Shown here: positions 1 through 8,936 of the stretch, in pieces
Layout of the letters: each line of letters begins with the position of its first letter
Numbering within the stretch: the stretch's first letter is position 1
Source: a virus
Strand: one strand, 5' to 3'
DNA: 64,000 nucleotides
IMG/VR virus record: IMGVR_UViG_3300022074_000027
Location: 5,582 to 69,581 of that record
Position numbers and translations under genes: made by a program
The notes under the pieces: generated by a model
Seen by the model: only the letters and a program-made list of their open reading frames with translations
Database searches by the model: none
What the model was told of the DNA's origin: nothing

Positions 1-107
1 GGTTCTACAGAGTTCTTTTCACAATAATCCAACAATGCATCAAGATAAGTAGATTCACTATCATTTGCAAGTTTTTCTATTCTCATAGAAAACTTAGTTG
101 GGGTCAT
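1..107 (-). CDS. 33: late transcription coactivator gp33, 5' part (runs off window)
   Basis: Hand translation MTPTKFSMRIEKLANDSESTYLDALLDYCEKNSVE resembles the gp33 N-terminus of marine T4-like phages; gp55 is also in the window. Confidence 0.7.
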   Translation of the reverse strand, partial: MTPTKFSMRIEKLANDSESTYLDALLDYCEKNSVE

Positions 108-111
108 TAAT

Positions 112-483
112 TTATTCGTGTTCACCACCGACATCATTTTTATCCAATTCTATTCGTTTACCATTATACCACATAAATCTACTACGACTTGGTGTGTGGT
201 ATCCATTAGTTCCTTTTTCCATTCTTAAAAAAAAAGATGGTTTTCTTTTTGCAGTTTCAAATGTTGCAACTGTTATAACTATTGCAGCCAATAAAAATAT
301 ATGGGCGATTGCAGTAATACCAAACATCCACATACTACCAAAAAACATAGAAAACGCAATACACCACATCCATGCTAATACTTGAAGCACCATATGTCTG
401 GTGTTTGTGTCTGGAATATGTCGTAATGGATTTCTTTCATTATCCATGACTCCATTCCATGCATCATATATAAATTCTCTCAT
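112..483 (-). CDS. hypothetical membrane protein
   Basis: 123-aa ORF with two hydrophobic segments and a GAGG RBS. Confidence 0.7.
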   Translation of the reverse strand: MREFIYDAWNGVMDNERNPLRHIPDTNTRHMVLQVLAWMWCIAFSMFFGSMWMFGITAIAHIFLLAAIVITVATFETAKRKPSFFLRMEKGTNGYHTPSRSRFMWYNGKRIELDKNDVGGEHE

Positions 484-503
484 AATATTCCTCTAGTTAA
501 TTT

Positions 504-777
504 AGTGGTGATGTTTCTGTTTCCAAGTACACCACCGAAACTCAGTACGATTAAGCTGCTTGAGCGTAATCTACATATGCATTGTTATCGTTTGCATTTA
601 CGAGTTTTGACCTATTACGCAGTCAACCGATAATTCTACTCTCATCTCTACATATTAGTCGAACCTATTTCACCCCCATCATAAGCACACGATAACTGTG
701 CTTCCATGTGTTTATGGTGGAGGTGGAGGGTATCGCACCCTCGTCCTAATCATGCGTTGAATCGTATCAACGAATTA
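504..777 (-). ncRNA. ssrA: circularly permuted (two-piece) tmRNA
   Basis: On the minus strand: T-arm GAGGG-TGCGATA-CCCTC plus CACCTCC-ACCA ending at 715, a 37-nt intervening hairpin (678-714), then GGGGGTG (677-671) forming an acceptor stem with G3.U70; tag frame 595-551 reads ANDNNAYVDYAQAA*; outer ends approximate. Confidence 0.92.
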
Positions 778-782
778 TGTTC

Positions 783-790
783 TATTTATA
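783..790 (-). promoter_or_regulatory. T4-type late promoter TATAAATA upstream of the tmRNA
   Basis: Exact TATAAATA on the minus strand in the intergenic gap. Confidence 0.75.
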
Positions 791-795
791 TCAGA

Positions 796-1212
796 TTATG
801 ATACAGAAGTCAAGTCAACTTTTACTTTTTCTCTATTTAAAATATGCTCTTCTTCTATTTCATCTTTTGATTGACCATGATAACGTACTGCATGGTGATT
901 ATCAACAAGAATTTGATTGATGTTATATTCCCCACCAAACCAAATCTCACCTAATATTCTACCAAACTTACCTTTACCATCTTTGAATGTTTTCAAAGTA
1001 AGGTCACCAGCATTTGTCCATTTAACTAAGAAGTCCTTAGCTGCATTACCATATACTTTTTCAACTTTGTCAGAAGTTCTTGATTCTGGAGTGTCGATAC
1101 CGTACAATCTAATTCTTTGTTTACGCATCCATACACCAAAACCCAAGTCAATGTCAACATCAATTGTATCTCCGTCAACTACTTTGACAAGTTTACACTT
1201 ATACTCATACAC
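796..1212 (-). CDS. thermonuclease (SNase-like) family protein
   Basis: VVDGDTIDV, IRLYGIDTPES and GKFGRILG motifs. Confidence 0.88.
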   Translation of the reverse strand: MYEYKCKLVKVVDGDTIDVDIDLGFGVWMRKQRIRLYGIDTPESRTSDKVEKVYGNAAKDFLVKWTNAGDLTLKTFKDGKGKFGRILGEIWFGGEYNINQILVDNHHAVRYHGQSKDEIEEEHILNREKVKVDLTSVS

Positions 1213-1465
1213 CCTTTTTTTCCTCGTTCATTTGTTGCTCTATCGGTTTCAAAAGTTCTTCCATATCTTCTTTTGGTACACATGATATTTTTTGAGGTGG
1301 TATTCTACCCTCATATTGTTGTATCGCTTTTGCAAATAAACCAAATTGATTTGCAACAACATAATTCAAGCAGTCCTCTTGTTTATCAAATGTAGTATAG
1401 GGTATCCATAATGGTGTTGTGCCGTCAGGCTGAAACAACATCACTACTACTACGAACCATTTCAT
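1205..1465 (-). CDS. hypothetical protein with hydrophobic N-terminus
   Basis: ORF; likely start MKWFVVVV. Confidence 0.55.
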   Translation of the reverse strand: MKWFVVVVMLFQPDGTTPLWIPYTTFDKQEDCLNYVVANQFGLFAKAIQQYEGRIPPQKISCVPKEDMEELLKPIEQQMNEEKKGV

Positions 1466-2159
1466 TTTCTTTTTCCCAATCTGTGGTGAAATCATCAATT
1501 GCTTCTACTAACTTAGGGATATACTCTCCTTTGTCTTTGATAAACTCTTGAACAACTCCATCTTCTGTTACAACCAGAATTACAATTTGTGGAATTGCAA
1601 CACCAGTTCGTTCTTCAAACATCTCTGAATATGCAGATGCTTGAATATAGTAGGATTCGTTCCAATCATCATTTCGTTCTTTTGTAGAAGTCTTGAAGTC
1701 AATGATGGAAGCGACTCCGTTATACTTTGCAATACAATCTACTCGACCTGCTACTTTATATTTGTGCGAAAATAAAGAACACTCTTGAGCAAGAATATTG
1801 TTAACACTTTTATCTAGATAAGGTTTCATCTGACCAAATAAAGTGTAAGGTAAGAAATTCTTTTTATGTTCGTTGAATTGGTCTGGATATTCACTATTCA
1901 TATTATTTAGATAATCTTCACAAATTTTATGCACTTTAGTACCACGATTTGCGGCAGTTCGTGCAATGTAATTTGCAACATCTTCACCAACTCTTTTTCT
2001 CCATTCAGATATACCGACCATCTTTTTCTTCTGTAGAACAGTAGTAATAGATGGATAAAGTTTACCCTCTGGAGTTTCATAAAACCTTTTACGGTTAATA
2101 TTTTTAGTCTTCAATTCTGGTATTTCAATTGGTAGTCCATTATGTATAAATGTCATCAT
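1425..2159 (-). CDS. PD-(D/E)XK exonuclease (Cas4-like, T4-like phage family)
   Basis: YPSITTVL, RGTKVH, AGRVDCI...IIDFKTS and YYIQASAY motifs. Confidence 0.85.
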   Translation of the reverse strand: MMTFIHNGLPIEIPELKTKNINRKRFYETPEGKLYPSITTVLQKKKMVGISEWRKRVGEDVANYIARTAANRGTKVHKICEDYLNNMNSEYPDQFNEHKKNFLPYTLFGQMKPYLDKSVNNILAQECSLFSHKYKVAGRVDCIAKYNGVASIIDFKTSTKERNDDWNESYYIQASAYSEMFEERTGVAIPQIVILVVTEDGVVQEFIKDKGEYIPKLVEAIDDFTTDWEKENEMVRSSSDVVSA

Positions 2160-2166
2160 ATATCCT

Positions 2167-2709
2167 TTAGTTTTGTAAGTAAACCCCTGCTATTTTAAGA
2201 GCTTCAAGTTCTGTTTCTTCAACTCTTCTTAACCAACCTCTCCCAAAGGTAGAAAAGGTTTTCAATCTCTTGTAGTAATTTCTGCGTCTTTCTGAATAGT
2301 CTACAATCAAATCTTCTTCACCTCGCATTGCAATCCATTCATCTACTTGTCTAAGAGTATTAGGGCCAATGGCACCATCACTAACAGCGCCGACACACTT
2401 CTGTAGAAACCTTGCTCCTCGCCCAGTACCAGCGTTAACACCCATATCGAAAACACACAAATCCACACCATTAGGTAACGAATCGCATTTGCATCTGTCC
2501 CAATAATTCTGTTTATAAATCGGTGCAACATCACTTATCCTCAAATCTTTCATGTCTTTCTGAAAAAGGTCTTGTTCTATACACCAATTTTCATAAACTC
2601 TTTTAGTTACGCCCTTGTTAGTTTCACCGCCTGGGTCTTTTGGATGATTTACATAACCGCCTTCATGATGTAGAATCAATCCTAAACAATGTTCATAATT
2701 CTCTTTCAT
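2167..2709 (-). CDS. GH108 lysozyme (candidate endolysin) with peptidoglycan-binding tail
   Basis: HEGGYVNHPKDPGGETNKGVT catalytic motif; C-terminal FGRGWLRRV. Confidence 0.9.
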   Translation of the reverse strand: MKENYEHCLGLILHHEGGYVNHPKDPGGETNKGVTKRVYENWCIEQDLFQKDMKDLRISDVAPIYKQNYWDRCKCDSLPNGVDLCVFDMGVNAGTGRGARFLQKCVGAVSDGAIGPNTLRQVDEWIAMRGEEDLIVDYSERRRNYYKRLKTFSTFGRGWLRRVEETELEALKIAGVYLQN

Positions 2710-2843
2710 TTACCTTGTCCTCTATATTTTTTAAAATTTCTACGTTTCTCTTTATTCATTGTAGAAGTTATAGGTGTTCTTCCTATGGAAGTACCTTTCT
2801 TGACTGGCTCGTGAGTTGATTGTGTCTTAAATACTTTAGGCAT
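2706..2843 (-). CDS. small basic protein (45 aa, not in ORF track)
   Basis: MPKVFKTQSTHEPVKKGTSIGRTPITSTMNKEKRRNFKKYRGQGK; start and stop overlap both neighbours. Confidence 0.7.
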   Translation of the reverse strand: MPKVFKTQSTHEPVKKGTSIGRTPITSTMNKEKRRNFKKYRGQGK

Positions 2844-3547
2844 TAAGTTTCTATTCCTTTTTTAGTTTTTGCAATCAGATAACTACGAACTAAACCAGAA
2901 CGAACAATATCACCAATATTAAATTCTATTGCAGAAATTTCTTCCATCTCTGTTAAAATATCCATAAAATGTGCCATACCATCTTTATCTGCATTTTTAC
3001 TTAAATCTGTCTGGAAAAAATCTCCAGAAAATATAATCTTTGCATCTTGACCTACACGAGTCATAATCGTATCTAATTCATGAAAGTTCAAGTTCTGACA
3101 TTCATCAACTATGATAATACAATTATCTAATGTTATACCACGAAGATACGAAGTTGTCAAGAACATCACAGAACCTTGTGCTTTCAATCTATCGTATAAC
3201 ATACTAAATGCTTGGTCAGTTGGTTGTTCAAACATAAACTGAACCATATTTTGATAGGGTACTTGATACAATGCAGTTTTATCTTCTTCATCACCAGGCA
3301 AGAAACCAATCTCTCTTGTAGGTACTGCACTTCTTACAATGTACACAGTATCGTATGGACTCTCTGTATCTAACACATTTTGTAGTGCAAGATATAAAGA
3401 AATAAAAGTCTTACCAGTTCCAGCTGCACCATGTAAGAAAAGATTCTTATCTTTCTTATATTCTTCAAATACAACTTTTTGATTGTCAGTAATAGGTTTA
3501 ACCTTTACTAAGTCATCATATTTTAAATCTTGTTTTTTTGCCATCAC
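2843..3547 (-). CDS. phoH: PhoH-like ATPase
   Basis: GAAGTGKT Walker A, REIGFLPG, RGITL, IVDECQN. Confidence 0.93.
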   Translation of the reverse strand: MMAKKQDLKYDDLVKVKPITDNQKVVFEEYKKDKNLFLHGAAGTGKTFISLYLALQNVLDTESPYDTVYIVRSAVPTREIGFLPGDEEDKTALYQVPYQNMVQFMFEQPTDQAFSMLYDRLKAQGSVMFLTTSYLRGITLDNCIIIVDECQNLNFHELDTIMTRVGQDAKIIFSGDFFQTDLSKNADKDGMAHFMDILTEMEEISAIEFNIGDIVRSGLVRSYLIAKTKKGIET

Positions 3548-3843
3548 AAAACCCCATGTTTTTTCAAGACTTGTCGAGTCTTCAATTCTTTAGTAGTTTT
3601 CTTATTATATTTATTGCCCAATGGAGTGTTGGGGTGTGCTTCTGCAATCCTTGATAAATTCTCTTTCCAACCAGAATCAGTCTTAATTCTATCACCAGTT
3701 CCAGATGCAGACATAGCAAATAAAGATGGAAGTTGTACAATGTCTGGGTTTTGTTCTAAGAACAAATCTTTACCACCCATTGTAAAAAACTCTTCCCACT
3801 CTTCACCAGTTTTATTATTTTTAAAATTATATGTCGGCATCAA
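3544..3843 (-). CDS. conserved T4-like hypothetical protein
   Basis: MPTYNFKN start; coupled to phoH. Confidence 0.7.
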   Translation of the reverse strand: MMPTYNFKNNKTGEEWEEFFTMGGKDLFLEQNPDIVQLPSLFAMSASGTGDRIKTDSGWKENLSRIAEAHPNTPLGNKYNKKTTKELKTRQVLKKHGVL

Positions 3844-4081
3844 GTTTCTCTTTCTGTAGTTTAGTTAATTCTTCTTGAAGTCTAACTACTGTCATTTGGA
3901 GTGCATGAATTTCCCCTTGCATATCTGCAACGGTTCTTTTCCATGTTTCTTCTCTAGTTTCTTCTATCGTCATGCTACTCTTTCTATAAGAATCTTCTTG
4001 TCTAAGTTTCCAAAGCATCCAATCATAGTATCTTTCTGGCTCTGGGTCTTGAACCACTCTGGAATAGGTCTGTTCTTCCAT
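3827..4081 (-). CDS. hypothetical coiled-coil protein
   Basis: ORF with heptad-like C-terminus; overlaps the upstream gene by about 110 nt. Confidence 0.5.
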   Translation of the reverse strand: MEEQTYSRVVQDPEPERYYDWMLWKLRQEDSYRKSSMTIEETREETWKRTVADMQGEIHALQMTVVRLQEELTKLQKEKLDADI

Positions 4082-4593
4082 GTTGCGAATCTCCTCTTTG
4101 CAACTTTGTAGAGATTACGATACGCTTGAACTGTATCACCCTCAACTAAACACTCTGGGAATTCTTTCATAGCTTGTGGAACTGGAGTGTTACCCATCAC
4201 ACTAGATGGCATATTCTTAGGTGGTTCTCTTAACAACCACCAGTTTTCTTTTGCACCATGTTCTTTCCCATACCTATATGTATATTCGTCACAAATCAAC
4301 TTATAATAAGTAAACATTAACATATAGTTTTCTCGACACATTCGTACCCATATGTTAGTTGGGTGATTCACATGACCAGCAAGATATAAACCTTTATTCA
4401 TCTTTCTATCTGCAAGTTTCCACCGTTTAATCTTATGACCTCTTGCAGTTTTATCATAGAACAATTCACCATCAAGAACCCTATGTGCAGTACTCAACAT
4501 CTGTTTGTACTCTGTAGGCATCTTAACAATGTGTTTATCACAATGATACTCAATTGACTTAAAAGGGTCTTCATCTAAGTAAAAGAAATTCAT
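3970..4593 (-). CDS. pyrimidine-dimer DNA glycosylase/endonuclease V-like protein
   Basis: MNFFYLDEDP...HCDKHIVKM...QMLSTAH, HVNHPTNIW and VQAYR motifs. Confidence 0.7.
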   Translation of the reverse strand: MNFFYLDEDPFKSIEYHCDKHIVKMPTEYKQMLSTAHRVLDGELFYDKTARGHKIKRWKLADRKMNKGLYLAGHVNHPTNIWVRMCRENYMLMFTYYKLICDEYTYRYGKEHGAKENWWLLREPPKNMPSSVMGNTPVPQAMKEFPECLVEGDTVQAYRNLYKVAKRRFATWKNRPIPEWFKTQSQKDTMIGCFGNLDKKILIERVA

Positions 4594-4727
4594 CGGCTGT
4601 ACTTTTCCAAAAGATATTCAGAAACAGTAACACCTTTCTTTTCAGCACGCTTGGTGATATATCCTTTACGTCCATCACTCAATTTTTTGTAGTCTTTTAC
4701 TACATCTTTTGAATATTTTAAGTTCAT
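4590..4727 (-). CDS. small basic protein (45 aa, not in ORF track)
   Basis: MNLKYSKDVVKDYKKLSDGRKGYITKRAEKKGVTVSEYLLEKYSR fills the gap with overlapping start/stop codons. Confidence 0.6.
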   Translation of the reverse strand: MNLKYSKDVVKDYKKLSDGRKGYITKRAEKKGVTVSEYLLEKYSR

Positions 4728-5248
4728 TACTTCTCCCATCTGTAAAATATGTGGTCTGCAATCTCTACCGTTTTAGTTTTAGATTTTCTCCACGCTGGAT
4801 AAACATAGTCAGCATGGTAGTGGGTTGCACCCTCTGTAAAATCTACTATTTGAATATCATCATACACTAAAACTAGTGCTAAGTCAAGTAACCTTTTATA
4901 AGTTGTTGGTTCTTTTGGGTCATCACTTTTACCATCACAGAACCAACTAAATTGACAACGATTCTTTATAGGATAGAAAGTTCCATTTTTCTTCCAAGAC
5001 TCCCTCGTAGGCCCTTGTTCTACCACCCCACAGACCGTGTTAGGATATCTACTATCTTTTACACGATTCATAACCACTAAACTTACTGCAAGTTGTCCAG
5101 CAAGACCTTGATTCCTTGCTTCATAATACATATTCTTTGCAAGACAAGTTGCTTCAGTATGTCTGAATTTATCTACTTCAACTTTATCAACTGATGTAGT
5201 TGCAACTAAAAATGATAATACTACTTCCTTTATCATTTTACTGTCCAC
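4727..5248 (-). CDS. cell wall hydrolase, SleB/Hydrolase_2 family
   Basis: CLAKNMYYEARNQ, VVMNRV, CQFSW, GATHYHA, HIFY. Confidence 0.9.
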   Translation of the reverse strand: MDSKMIKEVVLSFLVATTSVDKVEVDKFRHTEATCLAKNMYYEARNQGLAGQLAVSLVVMNRVKDSRYPNTVCGVVEQGPTRESWKKNGTFYPIKNRCQFSWFCDGKSDDPKEPTTYKRLLDLALVLVYDDIQIVDFTEGATHYHADYVYPAWRKSKTKTVEIADHIFYRWEK

Positions 5249-5493
5249 ATTGAACCAAATGCATCAAGGTATTCTGCATTTGAAGTTTGAAGTGTTATAT
5301 AATCACCAAAGTGAAAATCAAATGTTTTCAATAGATGTATATAATCACCTTGTGTCATTTCATCAAGTATAGTATGATAATTCATACCTAATTGTTGTGC
5401 AAGATTTTTTGCATCACCAAGTAGTGAAAAGGCATTACCCTTTTCACCATCTATATTGATAACAATCTTATCAGTAGGTGTTTTTTCTATCAT
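5233..5493 (-). CDS. hypothetical protein
   Basis: ORF in an early operon, overlapping its neighbours. Confidence 0.65.
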   Translation of the reverse strand: MIEKTPTDKIVINIDGEKGNAFSLLGDAKNLAQQLGMNYHTILDEMTQGDYIHLLKTFDFHFGDYITLQTSNAEYLDAFGSMWTVK

Positions 5494-5819
5494 ACTGATT
5501 CTCCATCTAAAGTTTCAAAACCCATTCGAGCAACTACATACTTTTCAGTACCTAGTAACATCTGGTCACCAACTGAAGTAGACCTTAGACCCATACCACT
5601 AGATATGTCACCGACAACTGTAACATTTGGATTTGCATCATTACCAATCTTTAATGACCAACTACCATGAATGTTATTTGTCCACTTGTAAGCATACTCT
5701 AACTTATCAATAACTGACTCTGCATCATTAGGTATTTCTACAAAAGCAACTGTAGATGGTTTACCCTCAAACGCTGTATGAATAACTGCAACTTGTTCCA
5801 TTTCTCTCTCCATTACCAA
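5490..5819 (-). CDS. hypothetical protein
   Basis: ORF with RSTSVGD motif. Confidence 0.65.
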   Translation of the reverse strand: MVMEREMEQVAVIHTAFEGKPSTVAFVEIPNDAESVIDKLEYAYKWTNNIHGSWSLKIGNDANPNVTVVGDISSGMGLRSTSVGDQMLLGTEKYVVARMGFETLDGESV

Positions 5820-6028
5820 ATTTTAGTTCCATTTTCAGCAGACTTTTGCATTTCAAAAATCTCTGCCTGTTCTATCATGAATTGGTCTTGCATCTCTGCA
5901 TCAACCATACCCACGAAACTCTTAGTCAAGTGTTTCCACTTACTCACAAGAAGATTTGCAGCCTTGTGCTTTTCTTCATCTGAAAGTCGTGCAAGTGACT
6001 CTACGAATTGTTCTGCTGTGATTTTCAT
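5813..6028 (-). CDS. hypothetical early protein
   Basis: Start MKITAEQ after a GAGAGG RBS downstream of the promoter at 6057-6085. Confidence 0.65.
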   Translation of the reverse strand: MKITAEQFVESLARLSDEEKHKAANLLVSKWKHLTKSFVGMVDAEMQDQFMIEQAEIFEMQKSAENGTKIW

Positions 6029-6056
6029 AATATACCTCTCTTTTTTGATTCTATTA

Positions 6057-6085
6057 ATACTACCATGTTTTGATAACAAAGTCAA
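6057..6085 (-). promoter_or_regulatory. sigma70-type promoter with spacer palindrome (P1)
   Basis: TTGACT-17-TAGTAT with TG extension; TGTT-N5-AACA at 6066-6078. Confidence 0.8.
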
Positions 6086-6303
6086 GTCGTTTCTATCATG
6101 CAACCGAAAGTATTTTTCACTACAAAAGTAGTATCTGTACCCTCTGCCATTTCATTTAGAACCATTTTTTCTTCCTCTGCATTACCCAAACATTGATGCA
6201 AAGAAACAATCTCTGGCTGTTTCTCTGATTCACACTTTACAATTGCCCAACCGTCTATCGGATTTCCTACATTGTCAAACATTATATCACTCCATTTTCC
6301 CAA
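6082..6303 (-). CDS. hypothetical protein (start probably 6282)
   Basis: ORF track. Confidence 0.55.
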   Translation of the reverse strand: MGKWSDIMFDNVGNPIDGWAIVKCESEKQPEIVSLHQCLGNAEEEKMVLNEMAEGTDTTFVVKNTFGCMIETT

Positions 6304-6707
6304 ACATCATCTGCAAGTTTCTTTTCCATTCGGTATGCTTCCTTTTCCCAAGGTAAGTCCCAATAGTTAGTATCTTCTGATATCATCTTAGACTTCCATC
6401 TAGCTCTACCTTTTACGATACCATCATTCATTTCATTTCTTGCATACTGTTTTACATGAACCATTTCATGACATAGTGCTTGCACCAAATCCTTAATACC
6501 AATAGACTTATCAAGTTCTATCTCAAATTTTCTATTAGTATCTTGCATCATACAAAATCCAATTGCATCACTCTTGATAGTCACAAGATTAACTTGGATA
6601 TCAAGAGTTCTGAATCTAGGAAGAAGTTTTTTAATCATGTGAGCAACAACCTTATGACAGATTTCTCTCTTTGTGGCGTTACTACCATTTACTTCAACAA
6701 AGTTCAT
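6282..6707 (-). CDS. zinc metallopeptidase-like protein
   Basis: HEMVH (HExxH) with a downstream PWEKEAY. Confidence 0.75.
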   Translation of the reverse strand: MNFVEVNGSNATKREICHKVVAHMIKKLLPRFRTLDIQVNLVTIKSDAIGFCMMQDTNRKFEIELDKSIGIKDLVQALCHEMVHVKQYARNEMNDGIVKGRARWKSKMISEDTNYWDLPWEKEAYRMEKKLADDVWENGVI

Positions 6708-6710
6708 ATT

Positions 6711-7028
6711 TTATGCAGCCTCTTTTGTGGGTTGTAACATTGAAAAGGGAACAGTATAAAGAGCAGTTCCACCAGAGATTGGATTAACTACCATTTCAAC
6801 AATCGCTTTAGTCTTATTGATTTTAGTAACTGTTCCAAGTCTCTTTTTTGTTTTTTGGACAATGTAAACTTTGTCACCAACATTGATACCAGACTTTGCT
6901 TTCATTACTTTGATATCTTGTATCATACTTTGAACTTGTGTAAGTTCTGAAATTGTAAGACCCATTAAGTCTTTTGTGATTTTTTCTACTGTCATAATTA
7001 ACCTCTCATTTCTACAGCATTGTTCCAA
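6711..7028 (-). CDS. hypothetical protein, KOW/SH3-like C-terminus (start probably 6995)
   Basis: INVGDKVYIV...GTVTKINKTKAIV. Confidence 0.6.
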   Translation of the reverse strand: MEQCCRNERLIMTVEKITKDLMGLTISELTQVQSMIQDIKVMKAKSGINVGDKVYIVQKTKKRLGTVTKINKTKAIVEMVVNPISGGTALYTVPFSMLQPTKEAA

Positions 7029-7240
7029 AGATTTTTCGCACCATCATAGTGGTCAAATCCATTCTCATCAGCGAAATCCATTCCACTACAAAACATCACT
7101 TCACCGAAAATCTTTTTAGTATCTAAAATATATGCAAGCATCTTAGGAGTCTTTGCAAACCCAACTTTGTTACCAGCACCGATAAAAACACCGATACCAC
7201 CGTCCATTGCATCAATAAAAACTGTTTCGTTATTTGTCAT
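6998..7240 (-). CDS. hypothetical early protein
   Basis: First ORF after promoter P2, AG-rich leader. Confidence 0.65.
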   Translation of the reverse strand: MTNNETVFIDAMDGGIGVFIGAGNKVGFAKTPKMLAYILDTKKIFGEVMFCSGMDFADENGFDHYDGAKNLWNNAVEMRG

Positions 7241-7270
7241 GATTTCTCTCTTTCTCTTGATTATGTATAT

Positions 7271-7299
7271 ACTATATCGTGTTTTTAGAACAAAGTCAA
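7271..7299 (-). promoter_or_regulatory. sigma70-type promoter with spacer palindrome (P2)
   Basis: TTGACT-17-TATAGT; TGTT-N5-AACA at 7280-7292. Confidence 0.82.
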
Positions 7300-7349
7300 G
7301 TACTATTTTAAGTCGTTGATTTTATTGAATTTTTTAGGGGGGTTAAAAG

Positions 7350-7379
7350 TAAAATAGGGGGGTTGAAACCCCCCTATTT
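7350..7379 (-). terminator. intrinsic terminator
   Basis: AAATAGGGGG...CCCCCTATTT hairpin followed by a U-rich run on the minus strand. Confidence 0.7.
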
Positions 7380-7396
7380 CTCACGATTCGCAAGGT

Positions 7397-7555
7397 TTAT
7401 TGTAACTGACCATTTTTGTTCATTACATAAACTCCTCGAATCATGAAGGCAATACTCGTTAGAGATAAAAGGGCGAGAGTTGAGAGAGAGGAATTTGGCC
7501 CATCTAACCCAGAAGCAAGCATTGCAATTATCATACCGATACCAAAACTAATCAT
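7397..7555 (-). CDS. small two-TM membrane protein (52 aa, not in ORF track)
   Basis: MISFGIGMIIAMLASGLDGPNSSLSTLALLSLTSIAFMIRGVYVMNKNGQLQ, GGAG upstream. Confidence 0.5.
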   Translation of the reverse strand: MISFGIGMIIAMLASGLDGPNSSLSTLALLSLTSIAFMIRGVYVMNKNGQLQ

Positions 7556-7605
7556 AATATAGAACTCCGAATCAATTTCATTTCACTATAATAGTTATAC
7601 CATAG

Positions 7606-8070
7606 TTATTTTACAGAGTCAAGTCTCACATAGTCTGAATTCCAACCAAATGCTGTTTTGACAACTTCATGGGAAAGACCTTTGATTTTTTGATGCAGTT
7701 TTTTATCTTTTGCATAGACAAGAATTTCTGCTTCATCTTCATGTAAACCCTCTAACATTTGGATATACATATTTTCTTTTTGAGCTCTAGGTGTAACATT
7801 ATCTGCACCTTTAATAAAATGATACAAACGTCTTGCTTCTTGAGAAAGCAACGTATGTTCAGTACCCTCTGGAACATCATTAGGTTTATAAGGAACTGCA
7901 CCCTCTGGTAATGCCCATACAATTCTTGGGTCAAAAGATGATTTGATAATCATTCTTAGTGCTTCAGAATCATTCTCTTTTAGAATATTAATCTTCTGCG
8001 ATTTAGTTTTTGCTTTATGCACTTTATCTAACACCTCTGATAATAGTGGTGTATATGTTTTTACTGCCAT
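7606..8070 (-). CDS. conserved T4-like hypothetical protein downstream of RNase H
   Basis: LPEGAVPYKPN and IQMLEGLHEDEAE motifs; gene position. Confidence 0.75.
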   Translation of the reverse strand: MAVKTYTPLLSEVLDKVHKAKTKSQKINILKENDSEALRMIIKSSFDPRIVWALPEGAVPYKPNDVPEGTEHTLLSQEARRLYHFIKGADNVTPRAQKENMYIQMLEGLHEDEAEILVYAKDKKLHQKIKGLSHEVVKTAFGWNSDYVRLDSVK

Positions 8071-8936
8071 TAGAAATCTCCTATGTTTTCCATTAAGGTC
8101 TTTAGTTTATTCTTTATAAAATAATTTAGTAAATGTTTACGACTACCCTCTGGAGCGTCCAAGAAAGTTTGTGTACATTTTTCTTTAATGTCATCTGGAA
8201 TATAGGATAAATCTATTAAAGTTCTATTTCTTTGATAGTTTCTCATCATCTCTTCATTACAGTAATCACTTGGCTCCAAATCAATCCATGCATCAAGTTT
8301 TCTTTTAGTCATGGGTTTTTGTCTTAACTCATCTACAAAAGTATTATCAGGCGACAAAAAGTTTGGTACTCCATCACTTCTATCACCCTTTAAGATATGT
8401 TCTTTAATATATGTAGTAGGGTCTACACCGTTTACATATTTCTTTTGTATAGGACTATATTGTGTTACAAAATTATATTTTTGTAATTGGATAAAATCCT
8501 TATCACTAGATAAGATTAATACCTTTTCATAGTTCTTAGGTTCTTTTGCAACATGAAATACCACAGATGCAATAATATCATCTGCTTCTGCATTTTCTAC
8601 TTGCAAAACTTTGTATGGGAAATATTCAGTAAGTTCATCTCGAATTGTATGAAGAGTTTCAAATATTTGATTCCAATCAAGACTAGATTTCTTTCTATCT
8701 TTTCTTCTTGAAAACTTATAATTTGGAAAGTATTCTCTTCTCCAATTACCTTTGTTATCATAACATAACACAAGTTCTCCAAACTCACCTTGGAATTTAG
8801 AGCGATAACTTCTTAGAGAATTAAGAACCATATGTCTTACAAAGTCTGGTTCTATATTTTTTTTACCACCGAGCTGCACCATCAAACTTGATAGTGTAAC
8901 TTGATTCATATCAACTAGTATCATCTTCCTTATCAC
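8070..8936 (-). CDS. rnh: T4-type RNase H (5'-3' exonuclease)
   Basis: ILVDMNQ, EADDIIA, ILSSDKDFIQLQ, GDRSDGVPN. Confidence 0.92.
   Translation of the reverse strand: MIRKMILVDMNQVTLSSLMVQLGGKKNIEPDFVRHMVLNSLRSYRSKFQGEFGELVLCYDNKGNWRREYFPNYKFSRRKDRKKSSLDWNQIFETLHTIRDELTEYFPYKVLQVENAEADDIIASVVFHVAKEPKNYEKVLILSSDKDFIQLQKYNFVTQYSPIQKKYVNGVDPTTYIKEHILKGDRSDGVPNFLSPDNTFVDELRQKPMTKRKLDAWIDLEPSDYCNEEMMRNYQRNRTLIDLSYIPDDIKEKCTQTFLDAPEGSRKHLLNYFIKNKLKTLMENIGDF

Noticed and set aside
715-746. Apparent tRNA 3' half with T-arm and CCA
   Set aside because: No D-arm or anticodon arm precedes it; it is the acceptor piece of the permuted tmRNA
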